Shown piece after piece: positions 30,245 through 39,394 of a DNA stretch of 64,000 nucleotides; the stretch's first letter is position 1; every line of letters starts with the position of its first letter. The translations under genes were made by a program, and so were the position numbers. The notes under the pieces were generated by a model. It did not search any database, had not been told where the DNA came from, and was given only the letters and a program-made list of their open reading frames with translations. The stretch is from Roseibacillus sp. (lineage in GTDB: Bacteria; Verrucomicrobiota; Verrucomicrobiia; Verrucomicrobiales; Akkermansiaceae), in the NCBI GenBank assembly GCA_965242925.1, contig CBDEUM010000022.1, forward strand, positions 128,001 to 192,000, given 5' to 3'.

Positions 30245-31522
30245 ATGCAGGGACCGATCTCAAGCAAGCTCTTCCAGGCCGCCAGGGCCGTGATCCCCGG
30301 TGGGGTCAATTCCCCGGTCCGGGCCTTTCGGAATGTGGACGGGGAACCCTTCTTTGTCAGGCGGGCCAGGGGATGCCGCATCGAGGATGTCGATGGCCGG
30401 AGCCTCATCGACTACGTCGGGACCTGGGGGCCGGCCATCCTGGGGCACGCCCCCACCGTCCTGACCAACACCGTGCACGAAGTGGCCAAGGACGGCCTCT
30501 CCTTCGGCATTCCCAACCCCTTCGAGGTCGAAATGGCCCGAATGATCTGCGGGTGGGTTCCCTCGGTGGAGAAGGTCCGCATGGTCAACTCGGGAACGGA
30601 GGCCACCATGTCCGCGGTGCGGCTTGCCCGGGGATTCACCGGCCGGGACAAAATCATCAAGTTCGAGGGACACTATCACGGTCACGTCGATTCCCTCCTG
30701 GTGGCCGCCGGGTCCGGGGCCCTCACTCACGGCGAGCCGGACTCCGCCGGCATTCCCAGGTCCTTCGCGGCGGAGACCATCACCCTGCCCTTCAACCTGC
30801 CCGGGCGGATTGAAGAAGCCTTCGCGCAGCTCGGCGATGAGATTGCCGCCGTCATTCTCGAACCGTATCCCGCCAACGCCGGTTTGGTCTTCCCCCAGCC
30901 CGGCTACCTGGCCCTCCTGCGCGAACTGACCCGCAAACACGGTGCTCTCCTGATCTTCGATGAAGTGATGACCGGCTTCCGCCTGGCCAGGGGTGGAGTG
31001 CAGGAACTGTCTGGAATCACCCCCGACCTCTGCGCCATGGGCAAGGTGATCGGCGGCGGACTTCCGGTGGGGGCCTTTGGGGGGCGGGCCGACATCATGG
31101 AACACCTTGCGCCTGACGGACCGGTCTACCAGGCGGGCACCCTCTCGGGTAATCCGGTCGCCATGGCCGTCGGACTGGCCCAGCTCAGGGAGCTCGAGAA
31201 ACAAGATGGCTACCGACGCCTCGAGGAAATCGGCCAGCACTTCGAGGACGGGGTGCGGGGCATCATCGCCGACAACGGTCTCCCCTACCGGTTCAACCGG
31301 GCGGGGTCCATGTGGTGTCTCTATTTCGGAGAGGCTGAAATCATCAACGTCGACTCGGTGCAACAGGGAGACTTCGAGGCCTTCAAGAAGTTCTTCTGGG
31401 CCTGCCTCGAACGCGGGGTCTACCTCGCCCCCAGTCCCTACGAAACCGGTTTCCTCTCCCTCGCTCACACCGAGGCCGACATCGATGAGACCCTGGAGAT
31501 CTTTGCGGAGTGTCTCCGCTGA
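30245..31522 (+). CDS. hemL: Glutamate-1-semialdehyde 2,1-aminomutase
   Basis: 'IPGGVNSPVRAF', 'NSGTEATMSA', 'FDEVMTGFR', 'GKVIGGGLPVGA', 'YQAGTLSGNP'. Confidence 0.96.
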   Translation: MQGPISSKLFQAARAVIPGGVNSPVRAFRNVDGEPFFVRRARGCRIEDVDGRSLIDYVGTWGPAILGHAPTVLTNTVHEVAKDGLSFGIPNPFEVEMARMICGWVPSVEKVRMVNSGTEATMSAVRLARGFTGRDKIIKFEGHYHGHVDSLLVAAGSGALTHGEPDSAGIPRSFAAETITLPFNLPGRIEEAFAQLGDEIAAVILEPYPANAGLVFPQPGYLALLRELTRKHGALLIFDEVMTGFRLARGGVQELSGITPDLCAMGKVIGGGLPVGAFGGRADIMEHLAPDGPVYQAGTLSGNPVAMAVGLAQLRELEKQDGYRRLEEIGQHFEDGVRGIIADNGLPYRFNRAGSMWCLYFGEAEIINVDSVQQGDFEAFKKFFWACLERGVYLAPSPYETGFLSLAHTEADIDETLEIFAECLR

Positions 31523-31541
31523 GATTCCGGCGCAGGTCCGG

Positions 31542-31564
31542 AAAAAGCCCCGCCTGGCGGGGTT
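31542..31564 (-). terminator. Terminator between convergent hemL and trxA
   Basis: Hairpin CCCCGC-CTG-GCGGGG with AAAAA on the left (T run on minus strand). Confidence 0.55.
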
Positions 31565-31604
31565 CCCTGCTGGAAAGGTCAGGCCGTCACGCCCGGTGCC
31601 GGCC

Positions 31605-31928
31605 CTAGGCGAGGGCGGCAAGTTTCTCTTTCAACGCCTCAGCGGTCACCCCCTTGGTGCCGATGAGGGTCTCCACGACCTCGCCCCCCTTGAAGAAGGC
31701 GATGGTGGGAAGGGACTGAATGTTGTAGGTGCGGGCCAGTTCCTGCTCGGTATCCACATCAACCTTGCCCACCTTGGCCGTTCCCTCCGTGTCGCTGGCC
31801 ACCGAATCGACCAGTGGTCCGATCATCTTGCAGGGACCACACCATTCCGCCCAGAAATCGACGAGCACGGGTTGCTCCGACTGCAGAACCTCTGCCTGGA
31901 AGTTATCGCTTGTGAATTGAAGAGCCAT
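31605..31928 (-). CDS. trxA: Thioredoxin
   Basis: 'VLVDFWAEWCGPCK', 107 aa. Confidence 0.96.
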   Translation of the reverse strand: MALQFTSDNFQAEVLQSEQPVLVDFWAEWCGPCKMIGPLVDSVASDTEGTAKVGKVDVDTEQELARTYNIQSLPTIAFFKGGEVVETLIGTKGVTAEALKEKLAALA

Positions 31929-32009
31929 GGCAGGATAAACGGAGAAAAGGACGCACCACGGTCGCCCTGGGAGCGAGTCCAGTTGGTTACCTCCTGTCTT
32001 GCACCCTCC

Positions 32010-32090
32010 CTAGGCGGGAAGATTTCCGGTCATGATCGCAATGACGAGCACGAGGGCGGCGAGAACAGTGGTGATGATGGGAAAAGCCAT
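32010..32090 (-). CDS. Putative 26-aa single-TM small protein
   Basis: Manual translation MAFPIITTVLAALVLVIAIMTGNLPA*; ATG 8 nt after the upstream stop; GC3-rich codons; below ORF-track cutoff. Confidence 0.5.
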   Translation of the reverse strand: MAFPIITTVLAALVLVIAIMTGNLPA

Positions 32091-32098
32091 GACAGTAT

Positions 32099-32635
32099 TT
32101 ATTCGATGAGTGCTTCCCACCCGGTAGGGTGGTTGACCGGATCAGCCTTACTCACCCACTTGCTGGTGGTAGAGAGCTGCAGGCCGAGCACAGCCAAGGC
32201 AAAGACGAAGGCGACGATGGAAAGAATATTCGAGAGGGTATCAGACTCCTCGTCCTCACCAGCACCCGCGGTCTGGAGCGCACCGGCCTGTCCCACAGAG
32301 AGAGCGGTGGGTGCACCGAGTGCCTGCGTGGCTGCGCCAAGCTGCACGGTGGCCTTGGGCAGTTCCTGCGTTTCCCCGGCAGCGCCACCGACGGAGAGCG
32401 GCTGCGTCTTGAGCGGCGTGGTCTTGGGCGCACTGCTCGCTCCTGGAGCCTTCAGCTGCACGGTGGGTGCAGGAGCAGCAGGCGCGGGAGCACCGGAAGC
32501 AGGCTTCAGGGGAATGGTGGGAGCCGGAGCCGGAGCGGAGGCGGACTTCAAAGGAATGGTGGGAGCCGGAGCGGCGGGGGCATCTTCAGCCTCCTTCTTC
32601 GGCGGCTGGGGAGTTTGCTGGTCTTCTTCACTCAT
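32099..32635 (-). CDS. Pro/Ala-rich disordered protein with C-terminal TM helix and TxxL repeats
   Basis: No signal peptide; repeated PTIPLK/PTVQLK; TM 'ILSIVAFVFALAVLGLQL'; 20-bp direct repeat at 32511-32530 and 32553-32572. Confidence 0.8.
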   Translation of the reverse strand: MSEEDQQTPQPPKKEAEDAPAAPAPTIPLKSASAPAPAPTIPLKPASGAPAPAAPAPTVQLKAPGASSAPKTTPLKTQPLSVGGAAGETQELPKATVQLGAATQALGAPTALSVGQAGALQTAGAGEDEESDTLSNILSIVAFVFALAVLGLQLSTTSKWVSKADPVNHPTGWEALIE

Positions 32636-32897
32636 GGCGAAATACAAGTCGGATCGTCGCGGATGACCCACGGCGGAGTTCCCCCCGTGGACTCATGGAT
32701 TTAAATGAAGGTCGCCAAGGGCTGTCAAACCCTCAAGCGGAAAAATGAGGTCTCCCAGCCCCTGAGAAGACAATTTTGGGGGATTTTGCCGAAATCTACT
32801 CCGTTTGAGGAACGCAACCCGGCTTCCCACGTGAGAATTTCGCGCTCAGGGACTTTTGAATCGCAAGGGGCGCACCCCATTCCTATCAAGCTTCCCT

Positions 32898-34316
32898 GTG
32901 AGTCAGCCTTCACCCCAACCCTGCCTGGAATTCCCGACCCGCCGGTCCTTTCTGAAGCAATCCGCCATCACCTCCGGCTTCCTCGGCCTGAGCCTCTATC
33001 TGCGAGCTGACAAGGAGGACAGGACCTCGGAACGAGTGATTGCTCCCTACGGACCATTGGTTCCCGACCGGGACAAGCTGCTCGATCTGCCTGCCGACTT
33101 CACTTACGAGGTGATCTCCAGGAGGGGAACGCTCATGAATGACGGTCTTCGCGTTCCGGGTAAATTCGACGACATGGCGGTCTTTCCCGGTGAGGATGGG
33201 CGAGTCATCCTGGTCCGCAATCACGAGCTGGCTCTCGACCAGGGGAGCTTCGGCCCCTTTCCCGACAATCGCCTTCCCGGTAATCTCGATCGCACCCTGC
33301 TCTACGACCCGGGCGAGGGCGATGAGCTGCCCCAGTTCGGAGGAACCACCACCCTCGTTTACAATCCCGCCACCGGCCGGACCGAGAAGGAGTTTCTGTC
33401 TCTTGCCGGGAGTGCCCGCAACTGCTCCGGAGGAATGATGCCCTGGGGGTCGTGGATCACGTGCGAGGAATGCTTCGACCTCGTGTCAGATCGACGCGCC
33501 CGGTTGCACGGATATTGTTTCGAGGTCAAGGCGGACCCCTCCCTTGGTCTCCAGAAGGCGGTTCCACTCAGGGGACTGGGCCGCTTCTGCCACGAGGCCG
33601 TGGCCTGCGATCCCGGTGATGGCTCTGTCTACCTGACTGAGGATCGTGGCGACAGCCTGCTCTACCGCTTTGTTCCCGATCGCAAGCAGGACCTCACCAG
33701 CGGCAAACTCTATGCCCTCGGGGTGAAAGACCACAAGTCAGCCGACCTTCGCAACCATCAGCCGCAATCGGAACGTGTGCTTAAGGAAGGTCAGCAACTG
33801 GCGACCTACTGGATCGAGCTTGACGACCCTGCCTCTCCCAAGGACGACCTGCGGCTAAAGGGGTTCAGGCAGGGTGCCGCCCGCTTCTCCCGGGGAGAAG
33901 GCATCTTTTACGATAAAGGGGCGATCTACCTGTGCTGCACCAACGGTGGGCCGGAAAAACGGGGACAGATCTTCCGTATCCTCCCCCGCAACGATCAACG
34001 CCCCGAGTCCATGGTGGAGCTCTTTCTCGAACCACGAAAGAGCGACCTCCTGACCAGCGGCGACAACCTCTGCGTGGCTCCCAATGGAGACCTCATCATC
34101 TGTGAGGATCTCATCGATCCCTTCAAGAAGCAGCAACTCACTCACCTCCGGGGCGTCACCCCCGAGGGCCAGATCTTCACCCTCGCCCGCAACCCCGACG
34201 CCAAGAACAAGCACGAGTTCTCCGGCTCCATCTTCTCCCCCGATGGCAGCATCCTGTTCGTGAACATCCAGACCCTGGACCACACCTTTGCCATCACGGG
34301 CCCCTGGCGCGGATAG
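32898..34316 (+). CDS. PhoX-family (DUF839) alkaline phosphatase, Tat-exported
   Basis: 'RRSFLK', 'YGPL', 'LVRNHE', 'RNCSGG..PWGSWITCEE', 'GRFCHEA', 'YLTED', 'LFVNIQ'; start uncertain. Confidence 0.88.
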   Translation: MSQPSPQPCLEFPTRRSFLKQSAITSGFLGLSLYLRADKEDRTSERVIAPYGPLVPDRDKLLDLPADFTYEVISRRGTLMNDGLRVPGKFDDMAVFPGEDGRVILVRNHELALDQGSFGPFPDNRLPGNLDRTLLYDPGEGDELPQFGGTTTLVYNPATGRTEKEFLSLAGSARNCSGGMMPWGSWITCEECFDLVSDRRARLHGYCFEVKADPSLGLQKAVPLRGLGRFCHEAVACDPGDGSVYLTEDRGDSLLYRFVPDRKQDLTSGKLYALGVKDHKSADLRNHQPQSERVLKEGQQLATYWIELDDPASPKDDLRLKGFRQGAARFSRGEGIFYDKGAIYLCCTNGGPEKRGQIFRILPRNDQRPESMVELFLEPRKSDLLTSGDNLCVAPNGDLIICEDLIDPFKKQQLTHLRGVTPEGQIFTLARNPDAKNKHEFSGSIFSPDGSILFVNIQTLDHTFAITGPWRG

Positions 34317-34367
34317 GGCCGGATTCGGGCTTGTCCCCTGGAGCCTGCCGATCCTCAATCCTGAATC

Positions 34368-36341
34368 CTGAAAAACGACGAGGGGATAGATCTGGGACCT
34401 GCACTGGAGAAGCACTTTGGCTTTTCCAGGTTCCGCGCAGGTCAACGCAAGGTGATCGAGTCTCTCCTCGCCGACCACCCGGCCCTCGCCATCTTTCCCA
34501 CCGGGGGAGGCAAGTCGCTCTGCTACCAGTTGCCCGCCGTTCTCCTGGAGGGCCTCACCCTGGTGGTCTCGCCCCTCATTGCCCTCATGAAGGACCAGGT
34601 CGACTCCCTGCTGGCCCGGGACATCGCCGCGGCCAGGCTCGATTCCACCCTTTCCGCCGGGGAAGCACACGCCGTTTACGACAAGATGCTCAACGGCACT
34701 CTCAAGCTCCTCTACGTTGCACCTGAACGCCTCGCCAACGAAAATTTCCGCCACCGGCTGGCACGGACGAAAATCTCGCTTCTCGCCATTGACGAAGCGC
34801 ACTGCATCTCGGAGTGGGGACACAACTTCCGGCCCGACTACCTCAAGCTGGCCTCCTTCGCACACGAACTGAAGATCTCCCGCATTCTCGCCCTCACCGC
34901 CACCGCCACCCCACCCGTAGCCGCCGACATCCGCAGCAACTTCGGCATCCCGGAGGAGAATCACATCCAACTCTCCTTCCACCGGCCCAATCTGGAACTG
35001 CGGGTCATCCCCTGCCGGGAAGATCACAAGCGCCAGGTCCTCCTCAAGTGCCTCGCCCGGGAACCCGACGCCCCCACCATCATTTACGGCACCCGGCAGG
35101 AAACCGCCGAAAGTCTCGCCGCCTTCCTCAAGCGCGAGGGGTTCCCCGCCCGTCCCTACCACGCTGGCCTCCGCGACTCCACCCGCTCCGCCTGCCAGGA
35201 AGCCTTCATGTCGGGGGAAGCACCCATCATCACCGCCACCATCGCCTTCGGAATGGGCATCGATAAGTCGGATATCCGGCGCATCATCCACTACAACCTG
35301 CCCAAGTCCCTGGAAAACTACACCCAGGAGATCGGGCGGGCCGGGCGTGATGGAAAACCTGCCACCTGCGAACTCCTCGCCTGTCGGGACGACCTGCGCG
35401 TGCTGGAAAACTTCATTTATGGTGACACCCCCTCGCGTGAGGCGGTGCGCCGCGTCCTCGACCAGGTCCTCGATCGCGGGGACACCTTCGACACTTCACA
35501 CTACGAACTGGCTGGCACGCACGACATCCGACCCCTCGTCATCAACACCCTCTTCACCTACCTCGAACTGGAAGGATACATCGCCGCCACCGCGCCGTTT
35601 TACACCACCTACCGGGTCAAGTTCCTGCGCGATCTGGAACAGGCCGTCCTCGGCCACGACGAACAGACCCGCCGGTTTCTGCGCAACCTCTTCGCCACCG
35701 GAAAGCACGGCCGCACCTGGATCACGATCGATCCGTCCGCCGCCGCGGAACAACTCCGCTGCCACCGGGACCGCATCATCCAGGAACTTGCCTCCTTGGA
35801 ATCCCACGCCGATATAGTCCTCAAACCAGGCGGCATTCGTCACGCCTACCGCCGTCTCAGGCGACCCGGCGATCTGGCCGCCCTCACCGGACGCCTCCAG
35901 CAGCTTTTCCTCCGCCGCGAGGAACAGGACCTTCACCGCCTGCAGCAGGTTCTCGCCTACGCCGAAGAAGAGACATGCCTCAACCGGCACCTGCTCGGCC
36001 ACTTCGGCGAAGACATGCCGGAACCCTGTGGCCACTGCAGTCCATGCCTCCTCCATCCCCCCGGCGCTACCGTTCCGGGAACTCCCTCCCCCGATCTCAC
36101 CCCCGGGCATGTTGCCGCCATCCAGACCCTGCTGGAAGAACGCCACGGCCCCCTCCGGACCCCGCGCCAACTCGCTCGTTTCCTGTGTGGCCTCACCAGT
36201 CCGGCCACCTCCCGCACCTGGGTCGTCCTGCCCACCACCGGCAGGCGTGCCCGTCTCACCGCTCACGACACCTTCTCCCTGCTCGAGAACCATCCCTTCC
36301 GGGACGTCCTGGCCTACTGCGAGAGCGTAATCATCCCCTGA
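34368..36341 (+). CDS. recQ: RecQ-family ATP-dependent DNA helicase
   Basis: 'PTGGGKSLCYQLP', 'DEAHCISEWGHNFRPDY', 'TATA', 'QEIGRAGRDG', Zn-site CGHCSPC. Conserved 'HFGFSRFRAGQ' lies upstream of the first GTG (34452), so the start is uncertain. Confidence 0.92.
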   Translation: MKNDEGIDLGPALEKHFGFSRFRAGQRKVIESLLADHPALAIFPTGGGKSLCYQLPAVLLEGLTLVVSPLIALMKDQVDSLLARDIAAARLDSTLSAGEAHAVYDKMLNGTLKLLYVAPERLANENFRHRLARTKISLLAIDEAHCISEWGHNFRPDYLKLASFAHELKISRILALTATATPPVAADIRSNFGIPEENHIQLSFHRPNLELRVIPCREDHKRQVLLKCLAREPDAPTIIYGTRQETAESLAAFLKREGFPARPYHAGLRDSTRSACQEAFMSGEAPIITATIAFGMGIDKSDIRRIIHYNLPKSLENYTQEIGRAGRDGKPATCELLACRDDLRVLENFIYGDTPSREAVRRVLDQVLDRGDTFDTSHYELAGTHDIRPLVINTLFTYLELEGYIAATAPFYTTYRVKFLRDLEQAVLGHDEQTRRFLRNLFATGKHGRTWITIDPSAAAEQLRCHRDRIIQELASLESHADIVLKPGGIRHAYRRLRRPGDLAALTGRLQQLFLRREEQDLHRLQQVLAYAEEETCLNRHLLGHFGEDMPEPCGHCSPCLLHPPGATVPGTPSPDLTPGHVAAIQTLLEERHGPLRTPRQLARFLCGLTSPATSRTWVVLPTTGRRARLTAHDTFSLLENHPFRDVLAYCESVIIP

Positions 36342-36397
36342 TCGGAACAGCAAACGAGAGTTTGCCCTGCGAAATCCCCTTCTCTAGGGTTCGGGGC

Positions 36398-37342
36398 ATG
36401 AGAACACCTGCTCGCCTTGCCGCCCTCCTGCTTCCCCTCGTCCTCCTTTCCGCTGCCCACGCCAAAGACGAACGCCTCGTCCTCCTGGGGGTCTCCTACG
36501 GCAAGAACCTTGTCGCCATCTGCGAGATGGACGGAACGGTCCTCTGGAAGCACGACACCGCCGGACCAAAGCGCGGCCACACCGGCCACCATGACATTCA
36601 CCTCCTCGACAGCGGCAACGTCCTCTTCCACGATACGTGGACCAAGACCCAGGAGATCACGCTCGGGAAAAAGGTTGTCTGGGAATACGAATCCGCCCGG
36701 GAGAACGGCAACCAGGGCAAGCGGGTTGATGTCCATGCCTTCAAGCGATTCCCCGATGGCTCCACCATGATCGCGGAGAGCGGAGTGGGACGTTTCCTTC
36801 ACGTCGACAAGGATGGGAAAAAGATCAGGGAGGTTCCCATGGGTGAGGGCGGCCGCAGGAACACCCGCCTCGTCCGCGTCCTCGATAACGGTCACTACCT
36901 TTCCTGCGCCGAAAGCCCCGGCGTGGTCACCGAATACAACCAGTCCGGCAAGGTGGTGTGGGAATACAAGGTGGGCTCCCGGGTCTATGGAGCCATCCGC
37001 CTTAAAAACGGAAATACCCTGATCGCTTCCGGCAATGGCAAGAGTATCCTGGAGGTGAATCCGGAAAAGGAGATCGTCTGGGAAATCAAAGGCAAGGTTC
37101 CGGACACCGAAATCGGCCTGGGCTGGATGACCTGCCTGCAGGAACTCTCCAACGGGAATTACGTGATCGGCAACTGCCACGCCGGGGACAAGAACCCGCA
37201 GATCTTTGAGATCACCAGGGACAAGAAGGTCACCTGGCAGTTTGATGAATGGGACCTCGTCGGCAACGGCCTGGCCTGCTGGCAGATCCTCGAGGGGGAG
37301 GAGGCCCGCATGGTCCGTGGCAAACTCAAGGAACTGAAATAA
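36398..37342 (+). CDS. Secreted beta-propeller protein
   Basis: Signal peptide; repeated blades 'GKVVWEY', 'L.NGNTLI', 'KEIVWE'. Confidence 0.8.
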   Translation: MRTPARLAALLLPLVLLSAAHAKDERLVLLGVSYGKNLVAICEMDGTVLWKHDTAGPKRGHTGHHDIHLLDSGNVLFHDTWTKTQEITLGKKVVWEYESARENGNQGKRVDVHAFKRFPDGSTMIAESGVGRFLHVDKDGKKIREVPMGEGGRRNTRLVRVLDNGHYLSCAESPGVVTEYNQSGKVVWEYKVGSRVYGAIRLKNGNTLIASGNGKSILEVNPEKEIVWEIKGKVPDTEIGLGWMTCLQELSNGNYVIGNCHAGDKNPQIFEITRDKKVTWQFDEWDLVGNGLACWQILEGEEARMVRGKLKELK

Positions 37343-37462
37343 GACTCCTTGCCATCGAAGCCTACAGCCCCACGCAGGTCGGGGGAACCCGGGCAGAGAT
37401 CCCCGAGAAGAAGGGCAATAAACCGCCTGTGCAAAACGAGTGCCCTTGAGAAGGCCGAATAC

Positions 37463-37654
37463 ATGGTCGCGATCTTCGCGTTCCTGGTCAGCGCCTTCGT
37501 GATGCTGACCGTGCTTGCCCTCTGGCTGAGGTTGGCCATCACCGCCGGCAATGAAATCATGGCACTGATTCTTTTCGTCCCGATCTGGGGGATCCTCTGG
37601 GCCCTCTGGAAGCACATTCTCGCTCCCTTTCTCAAGGCTAAGCGTCGCAAATAG
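37463..37654 (+). CDS. Small two-TM membrane protein
   Basis: Two hydrophobic helices and basic tail KAKRRK; start uncertain. Confidence 0.55.
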   Translation: MVAIFAFLVSAFVMLTVLALWLRLAITAGNEIMALILFVPIWGILWALWKHILAPFLKAKRRK

Positions 37655-37726
37655 ACCGCCCGAATGCTTCGGGGTGAAATCGCAACCCGAGGCTCATCAG
37701 AGATCCCATCAGACGGGCAACTGCTC

Positions 37727-39247
37727 CTAGTAGGCGCGTCCCCACAGGGCACGGGTCCTGGTCGCCTCGCCGGTCAGGAAACAGGGGGCTTCCTCGCCAT
37801 CCTGCTGGTCGTTGGGAAGGCAACGAATGGTGATCTTGTGTTCCTTGGAAAGTGTTTCCTCCTGTTCGGTGGATCCGGCCCACGGAGTGAGCAACCAGCC
37901 CGGGTCGTCGCCCTCCCAGTGCGCGTTAAAATCCTCCAGACTGCTGCACCCGGTGATGTTCTCGTCGCGGAAAACGGTAAGGCGGTCGAGCAGCAGCTGC
38001 TGGATTTCGGAGAGAATCTGCGGGGCGTTGCGGATGAATTCCTCGCGATCGACAAAATCCTTCTCGTTGGGGGCCTGGTCGCGGCGCTGGAGACAAACCT
38101 TCCGCCCCTCCAGGTCGCGCGGACCTATCTCGATCCGGATGGGCACTCCCTTTTTCACCCACTCCCACTTCTTGACTCCACCCCCGAGGTCGCGCTTGTC
38201 GATATGCACCCGGATGGGGCTCCCAGCATAGCTCTGTTCCCGCCGCAGCGTTTCCGCAAGGGCCTCACAGGACGCGATGACGGCGTCCCTCGTCTCCTCC
38301 TTGGGCGTGACGGGAACAATGACCACCTGCTGGGGGGCGACGCGGGGAGGAAGAACCAATCCGTCATCATCGGCGTGAGCCATGATGAGCGTCCCGATCA
38401 GGCGCGTGCTCACCCCCCACGAGGTGGTGTGGACATGTTCAATCCCACCATTGCGGCCGGTGAAGGTGATCTCCTGGGCCCGGGCGAAGTTCTGGCCAAG
38501 GTAATGCGACGTTCCCGCCTGGATGGCCTTCTTGTCCTGGACCATGGCCTCCACCGTGTAGGTGTTGACCGCACCGGGGAAGCGCTCGGCCTCGGTCTTC
38601 TCACCGGGCACTACCGGGATCGCGAGGTGATCGCGGAGGAACTCCTCGTAAAGATCGTGGATGAGCCTGGTTTCCTCTTCCGCCTCCTCCTGCGTCTCGT
38701 GGGCGGTGTGCCCTTCCTGCCAGAGAAACTCGGCCGTGCGGAGAAAGAGGCGCGTGCGCATCTCCCAGCGCATGACGTTGGCCCACTGGTTGATGAGCAA
38801 CGGAAGGTCCCGGTAGCTCTCGACCCACCGCGAAAAAGCCGCTCCGATGATGGTCTCGGAGGTGGGGCGAATGACATAGGGCTCGGTGAGTTTGCCAGTG
38901 GGCACCAACCGGGTCTTTCCGCTTTCATCGTCCTTTTCGGCCTCCAGTCGGTGATGGGTGACCACCGCGCACTCGGTGGCAAATCCCTCGGCATGCTCAG
39001 CCTCCTTCTCGAGGTAGGAGAGCGGAATGAGGAGGGGAAAGTAGGCATTCTGGTGGCCCGTCTCCTTGAAGCGGGTGTCCAGCTGCGACTGGATGTTTTC
39101 CCACAGGGCAAAGCCCCACGGCTTGATCACCATGCACCCACGCGTTTCGGAATTCTCCGCCATGTCGGCGGCACGGACGACCTGCTGATACCACTCGGGA
39201 AAATCCTCTGCGCGGGTCGGGGTGATGGCTGTCTTGTCCTTGCCCAT
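37727..39247 (-). CDS. proS: Proline--tRNA ligase, archaeal/eukaryote-like type
   Basis: 'EAEHAEGF', 'IRPTSET', 'NQWANVMRWE', 'FLRTAEFLWQEGHT', 'QAGTSHYLGQNF', ends GRAY; no INS editing domain. Confidence 0.96.
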   Translation of the reverse strand: MGKDKTAITPTRAEDFPEWYQQVVRAADMAENSETRGCMVIKPWGFALWENIQSQLDTRFKETGHQNAYFPLLIPLSYLEKEAEHAEGFATECAVVTHHRLEAEKDDESGKTRLVPTGKLTEPYVIRPTSETIIGAAFSRWVESYRDLPLLINQWANVMRWEMRTRLFLRTAEFLWQEGHTAHETQEEAEEETRLIHDLYEEFLRDHLAIPVVPGEKTEAERFPGAVNTYTVEAMVQDKKAIQAGTSHYLGQNFARAQEITFTGRNGGIEHVHTTSWGVSTRLIGTLIMAHADDDGLVLPPRVAPQQVVIVPVTPKEETRDAVIASCEALAETLRREQSYAGSPIRVHIDKRDLGGGVKKWEWVKKGVPIRIEIGPRDLEGRKVCLQRRDQAPNEKDFVDREEFIRNAPQILSEIQQLLLDRLTVFRDENITGCSSLEDFNAHWEGDDPGWLLTPWAGSTEQEETLSKEHKITIRCLPNDQQDGEEAPCFLTGEATRTRALWGRAY

Positions 39248-39336
39248 GTGGGGGGGAGGAAAACCACGGATGGACCCGATTGAACACGAAATTCTTCCAG
39301 TCCGGGATCAGAAGAGGGGCTGTTGACGCAGCCGGA

Positions 39337-39371
39337 GAAAAAGAAAACGCGCCCGGCTGTCGCCGGGCGCG
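39337..39371 (-). terminator. Intrinsic terminator after the C25 protease gene
   Basis: 10-bp stem CGCGCCCGGC-TGTC-GCCGGGCGCG followed on minus strand by TTTTCTTTTT. Confidence 0.8.
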
Positions 39372-39394
39372 CGGTAGAGGGAAGAATACCGAGC

